Below are positions 7,777-16,892 of a DNA stretch of 64,000 bases, piece by piece (position 1 is the first letter of the stretch; each line of letters begins with the position of its first letter). The translations under genes were made by a program, and so were the position numbers. The DNA is taken from positions 61,113-125,112 of the forward strand of contig JAHFUS010000001.1 in NCBI GenBank assembly GCA_023264975.1, given 5' to 3'. Source of the stretch: Actinomycetes bacterium. GTDB taxonomy: Bacteria > Actinomycetota > Acidimicrobiia > Acidimicrobiales > GCA-2861595. The notes beneath the pieces were generated by a model. That model was not told where the DNA came from. It saw nothing but the letters and a program-made list of their open reading frames with translations, and searched no databases.

Positions 7777-9264
7777 TCACAATGGCGTGTTGGCGTGCCG
7801 GCGCGTGACCAGGCTCTCGCGCTTGGTGCGGAAGGCAGCGAGTGCGGCGGCCACCGCCCGGCGGGTCTCTCCGGGCTCGATGACGTCGTCCACGAAGCCC
7901 CGCTCGGCCGCCACCAGCGACGAGCAGTAGTTCGCCGCGTAGTCGGCCTCCAAAAGGTCCCGCTCCCGCTCCCGGTCGGCCTCGTCGTCGATGGCGGCCA
8001 GCCGGGCCCGGTGGAGCACGCTCACCGCTCCGGCCGGCCCCATGACGGCGATCTCGGCCGCCGGCCAGGCGAGGCTGATGTCGCCGCCCAGGCCGCGGGA
8101 GTCCATCACGATGTAGGCCCCGCCGTACGCCTTGCGCAGCACCACCGACACGCGCGGAACGGTGGCTGCCGCGTAGGCGTGCACGAGTTCGGCGCCGTGG
8201 CGGATCATCCCCCGCCACTCCACGTCCTTGCCCGGCTGGAAGCCCGGGGTGTCGACGAAGGTGAGGAGCGGCACGTTGAACGAGTCGCAAAGCTGCACGA
8301 AGCGGGCCGCCTTGCGGGACGCGTCGATGTCGATGGTGCCCGCCATGACCGACGGCTGGTTGGCCACCACCCCGACGGGCAGGCCGGCCACGGTGGCCAG
8401 GCCGGTGACCATGCTCGGCGCGTGCAGGGCCCGGACCTCGAGGAACGAGTGCTCGTCGACCACGTCCTCCACCACGACCCGCACGTCGTAGGAAGCGGTG
8501 GCGCGGTCGGGCACCGACGCGGCGGCGACGTTTGTCTCCCGGTCGACGGGATCGGTGACCCAGCGGGCGGGTGGCTCCTCGTTGTTGTTGGCAGGCAGGT
8601 AGGCCAGGTAGTCGAGCACGACTCCCAGCGCCTCGTCCTCGTCGGCCGCCTCGGCCCACGCCACACCCGTCCTCACCGCGTGGACAGCGGGACCGCCCAG
8701 TTCGTCGTGGGTGACCTCCTGTCCGGTGAACCCTTGTACCACCGCCGGCCCACTCACGTAGGCGTACGAATCCCCGGTTACGACGACCACGTCGGCCAGG
8801 CCCAGCAGCAGCGCAGGGCCGGCCAGGCACGGGCCGCTCACCACCATGGCCACCGGCACCACACCCGACGCGGCGGTGAGCGCCCGGGCGACCTGGCCCC
8901 ATGCATGCAGCGAGGCGATGCCGTGGCTCACGTCGGCCCCCGACGTGGCCAGCAGGCCGATGATGGGCGCACCGAGGTCGGCGGCGGCGCGCACGAGGCG
9001 GGCCACCGTCTCGCCCTCGGCCGGACCGATGGCGCCCCTGTGCTCGCCCCCGCCGAGACGGAACAGGCCCATCGGCCGCCCGTCGAGCTCGGTGAGCTCG
9101 GCCAGGGCGGCAGCCGAGCGCTTGCGGGCCAGCGGCACCTCCCGCCCGTGCTCGTGCGATCCGCCGGGCAGCGGCCCCGGCTCAGGATGTCCGTCGGGAC
9201 CCGACAGCTCCTCCCCCGCTGCCCCCGCCCCGGAGGCGGCGCCGGCCTCCTGGGCCTGCATCAC
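7777..9264 (-). CDS. accD: Acyl-CoA carboxylase carboxyltransferase (beta) subunit, AccD6-like
   Basis: Two carboxyltransferase halves (..GLLATSGADVSHGIASLHAWG.. and ..LLTFVDTPGFQPGKDVEWRGMIRHGAELVHAY..). The start overlaps the fabF stop (GTGATG). Confidence 0.85.
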   Translation of the reverse strand: MMQAQEAGAASGAGAAGEELSGPDGHPEPGPLPGGSHEHGREVPLARKRSAAALAELTELDGRPMGLFRLGGGEHRGAIGPAEGETVARLVRAAADLGAPIIGLLATSGADVSHGIASLHAWGQVARALTAASGVVPVAMVVSGPCLAGPALLLGLADVVVVTGDSYAYVSGPAVVQGFTGQEVTHDELGGPAVHAVRTGVAWAEAADEDEALGVVLDYLAYLPANNNEEPPARWVTDPVDRETNVAAASVPDRATASYDVRVVVEDVVDEHSFLEVRALHAPSMVTGLATVAGLPVGVVANQPSVMAGTIDIDASRKAARFVQLCDSFNVPLLTFVDTPGFQPGKDVEWRGMIRHGAELVHAYAAATVPRVSVVLRKAYGGAYIVMDSRGLGGDISLAWPAAEIAVMGPAGAVSVLHRARLAAIDDEADRERERDLLEADYAANYCSSLVAAERGFVDDVIEPGETRRAVAAALAAFRTKRESLVTRRHANTPL

Positions 9265-10508
9265 CCCTGCTCAGCCCGTACCACCAGGGTGGCGTTGTGG
9301 CCGCCGAACCCGAACGAGTTCGACAGGACGGGGCCCGAGGCGGCGCGCGGCTCACCGTGGACGATGTCGACGGTGACGGTCGCGTCGGTGCGCTCGTGGT
9401 TGGCGGTGGGGGGCACGAGGCCGTTGCGCGAAGAGAGGATGGAGGCCACTGCCTCCACCGCGCCGGCGGCACCGATGAGGTGGCCGGTGACGCCCTTGGT
9501 GGACGTGACGGGCGGCGGGCTGCCGGCGAACACCTTCACCAGCGCCTCCGCCTCGGCCGCGTCGTTGAGCGGGGTGGACGTGCCGTGGGCGTTGACGTGG
9601 CCGATGTCAGCCACCCCCACCCCGGCGTCCTCGAGGGCCAGCTCCATGCACGCCACCGCGCCGCTGCCGTCGGGCGACGGGGCGGTGATGTGGTGGGCGT
9701 CGGAGTTGCGCCCGTAACCCACGATCTCGCCGTAGATGCGGGCGCCGCGGGCCTCGGCCAGGTCCCAGCGCTCGAGCACGAGGAAGGCGGCGCCCTCGCC
9801 CATGACGAAGCCGTCCCGGTCGATGTCGAACGGGCGCGACGCCCGGGCCGGATCGTCGGAGCGGCCGCTGAGCGCCCCCATGCGGGCGAAGGCGGCCATG
9901 GCGACGGGCGTGATGGCAGCCTCCGCCCCCCCGGCCACCACCACGTCGGCTGAACCGTCCCGGATGAACCGGGCGGCCTCCCCGACCGCGTGCGTGCCCG
10001 CCGCGCACGCGGTGGCGATGCAGATGTTGGGCCCCTTCCACCCGTGGCGCATGGCGATGGTGCCGGCGGTGGCGTTGGCCATCATCATGGGGACGAGGAA
10101 CGGGCTGACCCGCATGGGGCCACGCTCGAAGAGGACCTTCTCCTCCGCCTCCTGCGTCCACAGGCCGCCCACGCCGGTGCCCGCCACCACGCCGCAACGG
10201 TTGGGGTCGGCCCCGATGTCACCGGCATCGGCCAGGGCGTCGGCGGCGGCCGCGTAGCCGAGCTGGGTGACCCGGTCGGCCCGCCGGGCCTCCTTGTGGC
10301 CGAAATAGGAGCCGGGGTCGAAATCGGGGACCTCGCAGGCGAAGCCGACCGGCTGCTCGGTGGCGTCGTAGCGGGTGATGGGCGCGGCCGTGGGCCTGCC
10401 CTCTAGCAGGGTGGCCCAGAAAGTCGCCAGGTCGGAGCCGGCGGGCGTCTTCACGCCCATGCCGGTGACCGCCACCCGGGGCCGGCCGCGGTGGTCGGTC
10501 GCGCTCAT
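9261..10508 (-). CDS. fabF: Beta-ketoacyl-ACP synthase II (FabF/KasA type)
   Basis: VAVTGMGVKTP.., active-site context ATACAAGTHAVG, ..HVNAHGTSTPLND.. and GHLIGAAG.. with SNSFGFGGHN. Confidence 0.9.
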   Translation of the reverse strand: MSATDHRGRPRVAVTGMGVKTPAGSDLATFWATLLEGRPTAAPITRYDATEQPVGFACEVPDFDPGSYFGHKEARRADRVTQLGYAAAADALADAGDIGADPNRCGVVAGTGVGGLWTQEAEEKVLFERGPMRVSPFLVPMMMANATAGTIAMRHGWKGPNICIATACAAGTHAVGEAARFIRDGSADVVVAGGAEAAITPVAMAAFARMGALSGRSDDPARASRPFDIDRDGFVMGEGAAFLVLERWDLAEARGARIYGEIVGYGRNSDAHHITAPSPDGSGAVACMELALEDAGVGVADIGHVNAHGTSTPLNDAAEAEALVKVFAGSPPPVTSTKGVTGHLIGAAGAVEAVASILSSRNGLVPPTANHERTDATVTVDIVHGEPRAASGPVLSNSFGFGGHNATLVVRAEQG

Positions 10509-10521
10509 CGGTGCCCTGCCA

Positions 10522-10773
10522 CTAGGTCCCGACGGGGAGCTTGCCCAGCACCACGTCGACCGCCTCGCCGACGGTGGTGATCTCGCCCAGCTCCTCCTCG
10601 GGGATGGTGACGTCGAAGCGCTCCTCGAGCGCCATCACCAGCTCGACCAGGTCGAGGCTGTCAGCCTCCAGGTCGTCCTTGAACCGGGCCTCCTCGGCCA
10701 CGAGGTCGGCATCGACGCCCAGCACCTCGACGGCGGCCTCCTTCACCGCTGTCAGCACCTCAGTTCGCTCCAT
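10522..10773 (-). CDS. acpP: Acyl carrier protein
   Basis: 83 aa. [20 protein letters not shown] contains the DSL phosphopantetheine-attachment motif. SD GGAGCAGAAC lies upstream of the ATG. Confidence 0.9.
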   Translation of the reverse strand: MERTEVLTAVKEAAVEVLGVDADLVAEEARFKDDLEADSLDLVELVMALEERFDVTIPEEELGEITTVGEAVDVVLGKLPVGT

Positions 10774-10848
10774 GTTCTGCTCCTTCAGGTCGTGCAGCCG
10801 CTCGACGGCCGCCGTCTCGATCTCGATCTCGTGTGCATTCCAGCAGGG

Positions 10849-11628
10849 TCAATGACCCATACCCAAGCCGCCGTCGACAGGCACGACGGCTCCTGTGACG
10901 TAGGCCGCAGCGGGAGAGCACAGGAAGGCCACCACCGCTCCCACCTCCGAGGGCGTGCCCATTCTCCCAAGTGGGACGGCTGCCGTCATTTCCGCCCGGC
11001 GGTCGTCGGTGATCGACTCGATCATGGCGGTCTCGATGGGGCCCGGCGCGACCAGGTTCACGGTGATGTTGCGGGAGCCGAGCTCCCGGGCCAGCGACCG
11101 GGTGAGCCCGATGAGGCCGGCCTTGGTGGCGGCGTAGTTCGCCTGCCCGCCGGCGCCGACGGACCCGACGACCGACCCCATGTTCACGATGCGGCCCCAC
11201 CGCCGGCGCACCATGCCCGGCACGGCCCGGCGGGTCACGTGGAAGGCACCGTCCAGGTTGGTGGCCACCACCTTGCCCCACTGCTCGGCGCTCATGCGCA
11301 TGAAGAGCCCGTCGGCGGTGATGCCGGCGTTGTTCACCAGCACCTCCACCGGCCCGAGCCCCTGCTCGATCTCGGTGTAGGCGGCGTCGACGGTGGCCGG
11401 ATCGGTGACGTCGATGTGCACGGCCATGCCGCCCACGCCGGCCGCCGTCTTCTCGGCCGCCTCCTGATTGGCGCCGTAGCCCACCGCCACCCGGTGGCCG
11501 GCGGCGGCCAGGGCTTCGGCCACGGCCCGCCCGATGCCGCCCGAGCCCCCGGTGACCAGGGCCACCCGGCCGGCGTCCTCTGCCGGCGCCACTGTGCCCG
11601 CGGTTCCCGTCACCGGGGCGTCGCCCAT
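10849..11628 (-). CDS. fabG: 3-oxoacyl-ACP reductase (SDR)
   Basis: ATG at 11628 overlaps the fabH stop (TGATG). RVALVTGGSGGIGRAVAEAL, NNAG, ..YAATKAGLIGLTRSLA.., PGPIETAM. Confidence 0.85.
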   Translation of the reverse strand: MGDAPVTGTAGTVAPAEDAGRVALVTGGSGGIGRAVAEALAAAGHRVAVGYGANQEAAEKTAAGVGGMAVHIDVTDPATVDAAYTEIEQGLGPVEVLVNNAGITADGLFMRMSAEQWGKVVATNLDGAFHVTRRAVPGMVRRRWGRIVNMGSVVGSVGAGGQANYAATKAGLIGLTRSLARELGSRNITVNLVAPGPIETAMIESITDDRRAEMTAAVPLGRMGTPSEVGAVVAFLCSPAAAYVTGAVVPVDGGLGMGH

Positions 11629-12569
11629 CACGCCGGCTCCCCGTCCCAGCGCAGCACGGCGCTGGCCCACGTCATGCCGGCGCCGAAGCCGGAGAGGAGG
11701 ACGATGTCGCCCTTGTGCAGGCGGCCCTGTTCGGACGCCTCGGTCATGGCGATCGGGACGGACGCGGCCGAGGTGTTGCCGTAGCGGTCGAGGTTCACCA
11801 CGGCGCGTTCCATGGGGATCCTGAGCCGGCTGCAGGCCGCCTCGATGATCCGGACGTTGGCCTGGTGGGGCACGAACACGTCGACGTCGGCCGGGGTGAG
11901 CCCGGCCCGCTCCAGGGCCATGGCGGCCGATTCCACCACGATGCGCACGGCCCGGCGGAAGACCTCGCCGCCCTCCATGCGCATGTAGCGGTCGCCCACC
12001 GGCACCTCGAGCAGCGGGGCGGCCGATCCGTCGCAACCCAGGTCCCACGCCAGCAGGCCGGCGGTGGGATCGAGCGGGCGGCCGAGGACGGCGGCGCCGG
12101 CGCCGTCGCCGAACAGGATGCGGGTGCCGCGGTCGTCGGGGTCGGTGATGCGGGTGAGGGTCTCGGCGCCGATGAGCAGGACAGGCTGGTCACCGGCCAT
12201 GCCCGCCGCCGCCACCAGGCCGTACACGAAGCCGGCGCAGGCGGCTCCCACGTCGAGGGCGCCGCAGCGCAGTCCGAGCAATTCCTGCACCAGTGAGGCG
12301 GCAGACGGCAGCACCTGGGGAGCCGTGCACGTGGCCACCAAAACCAGCCCGATGTCGCCCGGCGTGAGGCCGGCGTCCTTGATGGCGGCGGCGCCGGCGG
12401 CGGCACCGAGGGTGACGGCCGTGTCCGACGGTGACGCCACGCGGCGCTCACGGATGCCCGTGCGCTCGACGATCCAGGTGTCGGTCGTGTCGAGCATTCG
12501 CTCGAGGTCGGTGTTCGTGAGCCGGCCGTCGGGCACCGCCATGCCCAGGCCGAGAACTGCAGTGTTCAA
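11628..12569 (-). CDS. fabH: Beta-ketoacyl-ACP synthase III
   Basis: VLGLGMAVPDGRLTNTDLE.., active-site Cys context GAACAGFVYGL, ..FVPHQANVRI.., GNTSAASVP. Confidence 0.9.
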   Translation of the reverse strand: MNTAVLGLGMAVPDGRLTNTDLERMLDTTDTWIVERTGIRERRVASPSDTAVTLGAAAGAAAIKDAGLTPGDIGLVLVATCTAPQVLPSAASLVQELLGLRCGALDVGAACAGFVYGLVAAAGMAGDQPVLLIGAETLTRITDPDDRGTRILFGDGAGAAVLGRPLDPTAGLLAWDLGCDGSAAPLLEVPVGDRYMRMEGGEVFRRAVRIVVESAAMALERAGLTPADVDVFVPHQANVRIIEAACSRLRIPMERAVVNLDRYGNTSAASVPIAMTEASEQGRLHKGDIVLLSGFGAGMTWASAVLRWDGEPA

Positions 12570-12839
12570 CTAGCTGACCCGGAGCCAGGCCACGGGCTGG
12601 CCCTCGCGTACCCGCTCACCGGCCTGCGCCATCATCCCCACGAGCCGTCCCGTGAAGGCACTCCTCACGGGCAGCTTGCGCCCGCCGACCTCCACCATGC
12701 CGACAAGCTGGCCCTCCTCGACGACGCCGCCCTCGGCTGCGCTCTCGTCGTCTACTGGGTGGAACACGCCGACGGCCGGCGCCAGGATCACACGCTCGGG
12801 CACGCCCAGCTGCTCACCCTGCGTCAAAACGGGACTCAC
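12570..12839 (-). CDS. Small biotin/lipoyl-attachment-like domain protein (no canonical AMKM lysine seen)
   Basis: GTG at 12839 with AAGGA upstream. ILAPAVGVFHPV..VEEGQLVGMVEVGGRKLPVRSAFTGRLVGMMAQAGERVREGQPVAWLRV resembles a BCCP/lipoyl hybrid-barrel. The usual E(A/V)MK(M/L) position reads EVGGRK. Confidence 0.5.
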   Translation of the reverse strand: MSPVLTQGEQLGVPERVILAPAVGVFHPVDDESAAEGGVVEEGQLVGMVEVGGRKLPVRSAFTGRLVGMMAQAGERVREGQPVAWLRVS

Positions 12840-12912
12840 CGGAGCACCATCCTTCGGATGGCGCTGGTGAGTCCAACTGCCTCGCTCATTGGTTCGCTCG
12901 CCTGCGGCTCGC

Positions 12913-13809
12913 TCACGATTGGGCCCTTTCGAGATCGTCGGTGCTGCGAACGTTGATGCCCGGCGCGATGCGCCGGGCCAGGCCGGCCAGGGTCGTGCCG
13001 GGACCGACCTCCACCAACTCGGTGGCGCCCATGCGCACGAGGGTCTCCACGGACTGGCGCCACCGCACGGGGTGCACCAGATGGTCGGCCAGGCGCCGGC
13101 GCCAGCCGCCACCGTCCTTGTAGGCCTTTCCGTCGCCGTTGGAGACGACCGGCGTGGCGGTGGCCAGCAGCTCGGCATCCTCCAGGTCGCCGGCGAAGGC
13201 CACCCGGGCCTCCTCCATCAGCGGGGTGTGGAAGGCGCCACCGACCTGCAGGCGAGCGGTGCGGCGCACCCCGGCGGCGGGCGCGGCGCCCACGGCGCAA
13301 TCGACCCCTTCGGGGGTACCGGCCACCACGACCTGCCCGGGGGCGTTGTCGTTGGCCACCCAACAGGCGTCGGGAGCTGTCGCACACACGGCGTCGGCCT
13401 GCTCGGGGGTGGCGCCCAGCAGGGCCACCATCTGCCCCTGTGTGCGGTCGGCCGCCCGCTGTGTGTGGCTAGCGCGGCGGGCGGCCAGGCGGATCCCCTC
13501 GTCGAACGGCAGCGTGCCAGCCGCCAGAAGCGCGGTGATCTGGCCCAGCGAGTGGCCCGCGAACGCCACCGGCTCGCCGATGGACCGCCCGACCTTTTCC
13601 CACGCCATCAGCGACGACAGGAGCACGGCCAACTGGGCGTCCTCGGTGCGGTCCAGCTTGGCCTCAGGATCGAGAAGGAGCGGCGACAGATCGCGGCCGA
13701 GGACACGCTCCGCCCGCTCCACCACCGACCAGACCTCGTCGTGGCGCCACTCCTCGCCCAGGCCAGGGCGTTGCGCGCCTTGACCAGGGAACATGACACC
13801 AACGGGCAC
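12913..13809 (-). CDS. fabD: Malonyl-CoA:ACP transacylase
   Basis: FPGQGAQRPGLG and the active-site GHSLGQITAL. GTG at 13809 is preceded by AAGAGG; the ORF track start is 13869. Confidence 0.85.
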   Translation of the reverse strand: MPVGVMFPGQGAQRPGLGEEWRHDEVWSVVERAERVLGRDLSPLLLDPEAKLDRTEDAQLAVLLSSLMAWEKVGRSIGEPVAFAGHSLGQITALLAAGTLPFDEGIRLAARRASHTQRAADRTQGQMVALLGATPEQADAVCATAPDACWVANDNAPGQVVVAGTPEGVDCAVGAAPAAGVRRTARLQVGGAFHTPLMEEARVAFAGDLEDAELLATATPVVSNGDGKAYKDGGGWRRRLADHLVHPVRWRQSVETLVRMGATELVEVGPGTTLAGLARRIAPGINVRSTDDLERAQS

Positions 13810-13923
13810 GGAGGACCTCTTGCTGGGGAGCGGGGGGACTACCTTCAGGTTCCGACCCCGGCTGCTCACCGTTCGTTACACAATCAGTCGGAAGATTCGC
13901 GAACGTCATATTAGGTTGCGCCC

Positions 13924-14409
13924 ATGGGGGAGCTTCGGGATGGTGCCGGCGGCGCCCGCGGCACACCGGTCCGAGCAGTGACCGGGACCGACTTCGTCGC
14001 CCTCCTTCCCCACCGCTCGCCGTTCCTGTTCGTCGATGTGGTCGACGGCTGCGTGCCCGGCAGGTCGTGCGACGGCCGCTACCTGGTCACGGGCGACGAG
14101 CCGTTCCTCGCCGGCCACTTCCCCGGTAACCCCGTTGTGCCCGGCGTCATCCAACTGGAGGCGCTGGCCCAGGTGGGTGCGGTGGCGCTGCGGGCCCATC
14201 CCGACTTCGCCGACCGGCTTCCCCTGTTCGGGGGGGTCGAGAAGGCCCGCTTCCGCCGCATCGTCCGGCCGGGGGACGAGATGACGCTGCATATCGTCAT
14301 CGAGCGCCTCAGCAGCCGGGGTGGCTGGGGCGACGCCCGGGCCACGGTGGGCGGCGCCGTGGTGTGCGACGCCCGCATCTTCTTCACCTTCGCACCGTCC
14401 GCTTCGTAG
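13924..14409 (+). CDS. fabZ: 3-hydroxyacyl-ACP dehydratase (FabZ type)
   Basis: LLPHRSPFLFVDVV.. and FLAGHFPGNPVVPGVIQLEALAQVG are hot-dog fold FabZ signatures. Confidence 0.85.
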   Translation: MGELRDGAGGARGTPVRAVTGTDFVALLPHRSPFLFVDVVDGCVPGRSCDGRYLVTGDEPFLAGHFPGNPVVPGVIQLEALAQVGAVALRAHPDFADRLPLFGGVEKARFRRIVRPGDEMTLHIVIERLSSRGGWGDARATVGGAVVCDARIFFTFAPSAS

Positions 14410-14416
14410 CGCGACG

Positions 14417-14443
14417 CCGCCGGCCACGCTTGGTGGCCGGCGG
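14417..14443 (+). terminator. Stem-loop directly after fabZ (possibly a bidirectional terminator)
   Basis: Perfect 11-bp inverted repeat CCGCCGGCCAC-gcttg-GTGGCCGGCGG beginning 8 nt after the fabZ stop, followed by TT. It lies between convergent genes. Confidence 0.5.
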
Positions 14444-14548
14444 TTCACGCGGAAGGCCGCCTCGGCCGGATGGCCGGTGGTGCGGCGGTCGTAGCGCCGC
14501 GCCCGGGCGATCTGACGCCGGTCTCCGGATCCAGATCGCCTCGGAAGG

Positions 14549-15433
14549 TCAGTCCCCGGGAACGACGACGAAACCCGGCTCGACGACGAGCGCCGGCGCA
14601 ACAGCAGCGGCACCGGTGCCCGCGCGGGCCAGCCACAGGGCGGCGGCCGTCGTCAGCGCGAATCCGGTGGCGGCGACACCAGCGAGGCCGGGGCGGGCGC
14701 CGTCGCCCAGGGCGAGCACACCGACGGCGGCCGGAACGAGCGTCTCGGTCACGACACAAGCGGCCGTGATGGTCGTCACCCGGCCCCGCTGAAGGGCGGC
14801 TGCGAAGAGCAGGAGGCCGAGCGCCACGTAGGCCACCACGGCCCAGGCGAGGGGGTCGACGACCATCGCCGGATGGGGCGGGGCGGCCATGACGCGACCG
14901 GTCATGCCGAACCCGGCGAAGGCGAGGCCGCTGAGTGCGCCGAGGGCCATGCCCGGACGGGTGCCGGAGGGGCGTCGTTCCACCCAGACCGCCAGGAGGA
15001 CGAGGCCGGGGATGCCGGCCACCAGCAGCAGCGAGGCCATGCCGCGACCGGGTTCCGTCCGCCCGGGCGCGGCTGACAGCCCGAGCAGCACGAGACCGCC
15101 CACGATGCCGGCAACCGCCAGGCGCTCGGCCGGGCGCAGCGCCTCCCGTGCCACCACACCAGCGACGACTGCGGTCACCGCGAGGGCCGAGGCGAGCGCC
15201 GCCTGCACGACGAACAAGGGAAGGAGCCGCACCGTCCACGCCGTCAAAGCGAAGCCCACCCCGTCGAGTGCGAGCCCGAGCAGGTAGGGCCCCTGGCGCC
15301 CGAGACGGCCGAAAAGGCGGATGTCGAGGGCGCGGCCGACGTCCGCCCGGGCGGCCGACGCGTGCTGGAGCACCGAGGCCACCCCGAAGCAGGCGGCCGC
15401 CACGAGGGCGCCGGCGAACGGGACGGTCAGCAT
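14549..15433 (-). CDS. Polytopic integral membrane protein (possible DMT/EamA-like transporter)
   Basis: About 294 aa, almost entirely hydrophobic Gly/Ala/Leu/Val-rich helices. ATG at 15433 (MLTVPFAGALVAAACFG). The family assignment is a guess. Confidence 0.5.
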   Translation of the reverse strand: MLTVPFAGALVAAACFGVASVLQHASAARADVGRALDIRLFGRLGRQGPYLLGLALDGVGFALTAWTVRLLPLFVVQAALASALAVTAVVAGVVAREALRPAERLAVAGIVGGLVLLGLSAAPGRTEPGRGMASLLLVAGIPGLVLLAVWVERRPSGTRPGMALGALSGLAFAGFGMTGRVMAAPPHPAMVVDPLAWAVVAYVALGLLLFAAALQRGRVTTITAACVVTETLVPAAVGVLALGDGARPGLAGVAATGFALTTAAALWLARAGTGAAAVAPALVVEPGFVVVPGD

Positions 15434-15491
15434 GCCGGAACTGCGCCGGCCGACTGCTCCGCCGCCCGACCAGCGCTCGCGGACGGGGCGG

Positions 15492-16691
15492 TCACCACTC
15501 GGTGAGGTCGGAACGCCCGTCGGTGAACAGCGAGCGGGGCGGGGGGAAGCCATTGAAGTGCGAGGCGTAGCTGGTCGTGTAGGCGCCGGCTGACCCGATG
15601 TACACGTGCTGGCCTTCGGCCAGATCGGCGGGCAGCAGCGCGCCGTAGAACATGGTGTCGCTGCTGTCGCACGTCGGCCCGGTCACCGTGAACGGCACCA
15701 GGGGCGACGAGTCGGGGTCGTCGGTGCGCAGGGGGAACCGCCAGCGGCCACCGGTCTGGACCGCCTCCATCATCCCGTTGTAGCCACCCACGTCGAGGTA
15801 GCACCATGGGCCGTCACGTCGATCGTCCACGCCGATGACGGTCGCCACCAGGACTCCGCTCTCGGCCACGAGGAACCGCCCGGGCTCGGCCACCAACACC
15901 GGCGGGCGGTGGGGCAGCCGGTCGAGGGCGGCACGGATGCCGGCGGCGATCTCCTCGAACTCGGGAACCGGATCGCAGTAGCGGGCCGGAAACCCGCCGC
16001 CGATGTCCAACATCTCGAGCCCGATCCCGTGCCGCTTCAGCAGGCGCAGGAGCACGCCGCACTGGGCGATGGCACGCGGCCACGCTGTGGCGTCGGCACA
16101 CTGCGACCCCACGTGGAAGGTCACGCCATACACGTCCAGGCCGAGATCTCGGGCCAGCAGGAGGAGGCGGCAAGCCTCGTCGACCGACGTCCCGAACTTC
16201 TCCGACAGCGGGAAGAGGCTTTGGTTGTCGTTGACCCGCAGGCGCACGTAGACCTTGCTACCGGGTGCGTTGGCAGCGAGCTTGTGCAGTTCTCCTTCGC
16301 CGTCGAAACCGAACAGGCGGACGCCGCCCTGGTAGGCGTCGCGGATGTGGCCGGCCGGCTTGACCGTGTTGCTGTACAGCGCGCTCCCGGCGTCGCCGCC
16401 GGCGGACCGAACCATCTCGAGCTCGAACAGCGAGGCGATCTCGAAGCCGGCGCCCAGTGCGACAAGCGAGCGCAGCACGGTCGGCGCCGGGTTGCACTTC
16501 ACCGCGTAGGAGATCGCCGTGTCGGGAAGGCACGCCTGCATGGCCGCGTAGCGGGCGGCGATGACCGACGTGTCGCAGAGCAGCACCGGCGTCGGATGGC
16601 CGAACGGGCCCAGAGACCCGGGCGTGAGCGCCACCGGCCAGTGGGCGTCGAGGTGGGCCGGCGGTGCGGTGTGCACGATCTGCGTGGACAT
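15492..16691 (-). CDS. Fold-type III PLP-dependent decarboxylase (ornithine/lysine/DAP decarboxylase family)
   Basis: SYAVKCNPAP contains the PLP-lysine motif. Also GFEIASLFELE, HVGSQ, LDIGGGFP and EPGRFLVAESG. Confidence 0.8.
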   Translation of the reverse strand: MSTQIVHTAPPAHLDAHWPVALTPGSLGPFGHPTPVLLCDTSVIAARYAAMQACLPDTAISYAVKCNPAPTVLRSLVALGAGFEIASLFELEMVRSAGGDAGSALYSNTVKPAGHIRDAYQGGVRLFGFDGEGELHKLAANAPGSKVYVRLRVNDNQSLFPLSEKFGTSVDEACRLLLLARDLGLDVYGVTFHVGSQCADATAWPRAIAQCGVLLRLLKRHGIGLEMLDIGGGFPARYCDPVPEFEEIAAGIRAALDRLPHRPPVLVAEPGRFLVAESGVLVATVIGVDDRRDGPWCYLDVGGYNGMMEAVQTGGRWRFPLRTDDPDSSPLVPFTVTGPTCDSSDTMFYGALLPADLAEGQHVYIGSAGAYTTSYASHFNGFPPPRSLFTDGRSDLTEW

Positions 16692-16892
16692 CGGCGTTGT
16701 CTCCCCCTGGCGTCCCGTCGCTCCATACGACCGCCGCCGTTCAAGCCTCGGCTCGTTTCACGACGTCCTTTAGGGCAAATCTCTGAATTCTCCCGGTCGG
16801 GGATTCTGTCGGGAGTATTAACTTTCGCGGCGACGCAGAAGTCGGCGGAAATACCGGTCCAGTCGTCGTCGCACGATGCCGATCAGTGCGGG

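Noticed and set aside
7795-9717. 640-aa plus-strand ORF
   Set aside because: It is antisense to accD and fabF. No recognisable domains.
16780-16820. ATTCT direct repeat and CTCCCG/CGGGAG inverted repeat in the decarboxylase / GGDEF-EAL divergent spacer
   Set aside because: The repeats are short (5-6 nt). This is probably just promoter-region AT enrichment, and there is no basis for assigning a regulator.
15606-16892. The N-terminal ~430 aa of the 1333-aa ORF 15606..19607
   Set aside because: This part is exactly antisense to the PLP decarboxylase gene and has junk composition. The real sensor gene begins near 16893, after the intergenic region.
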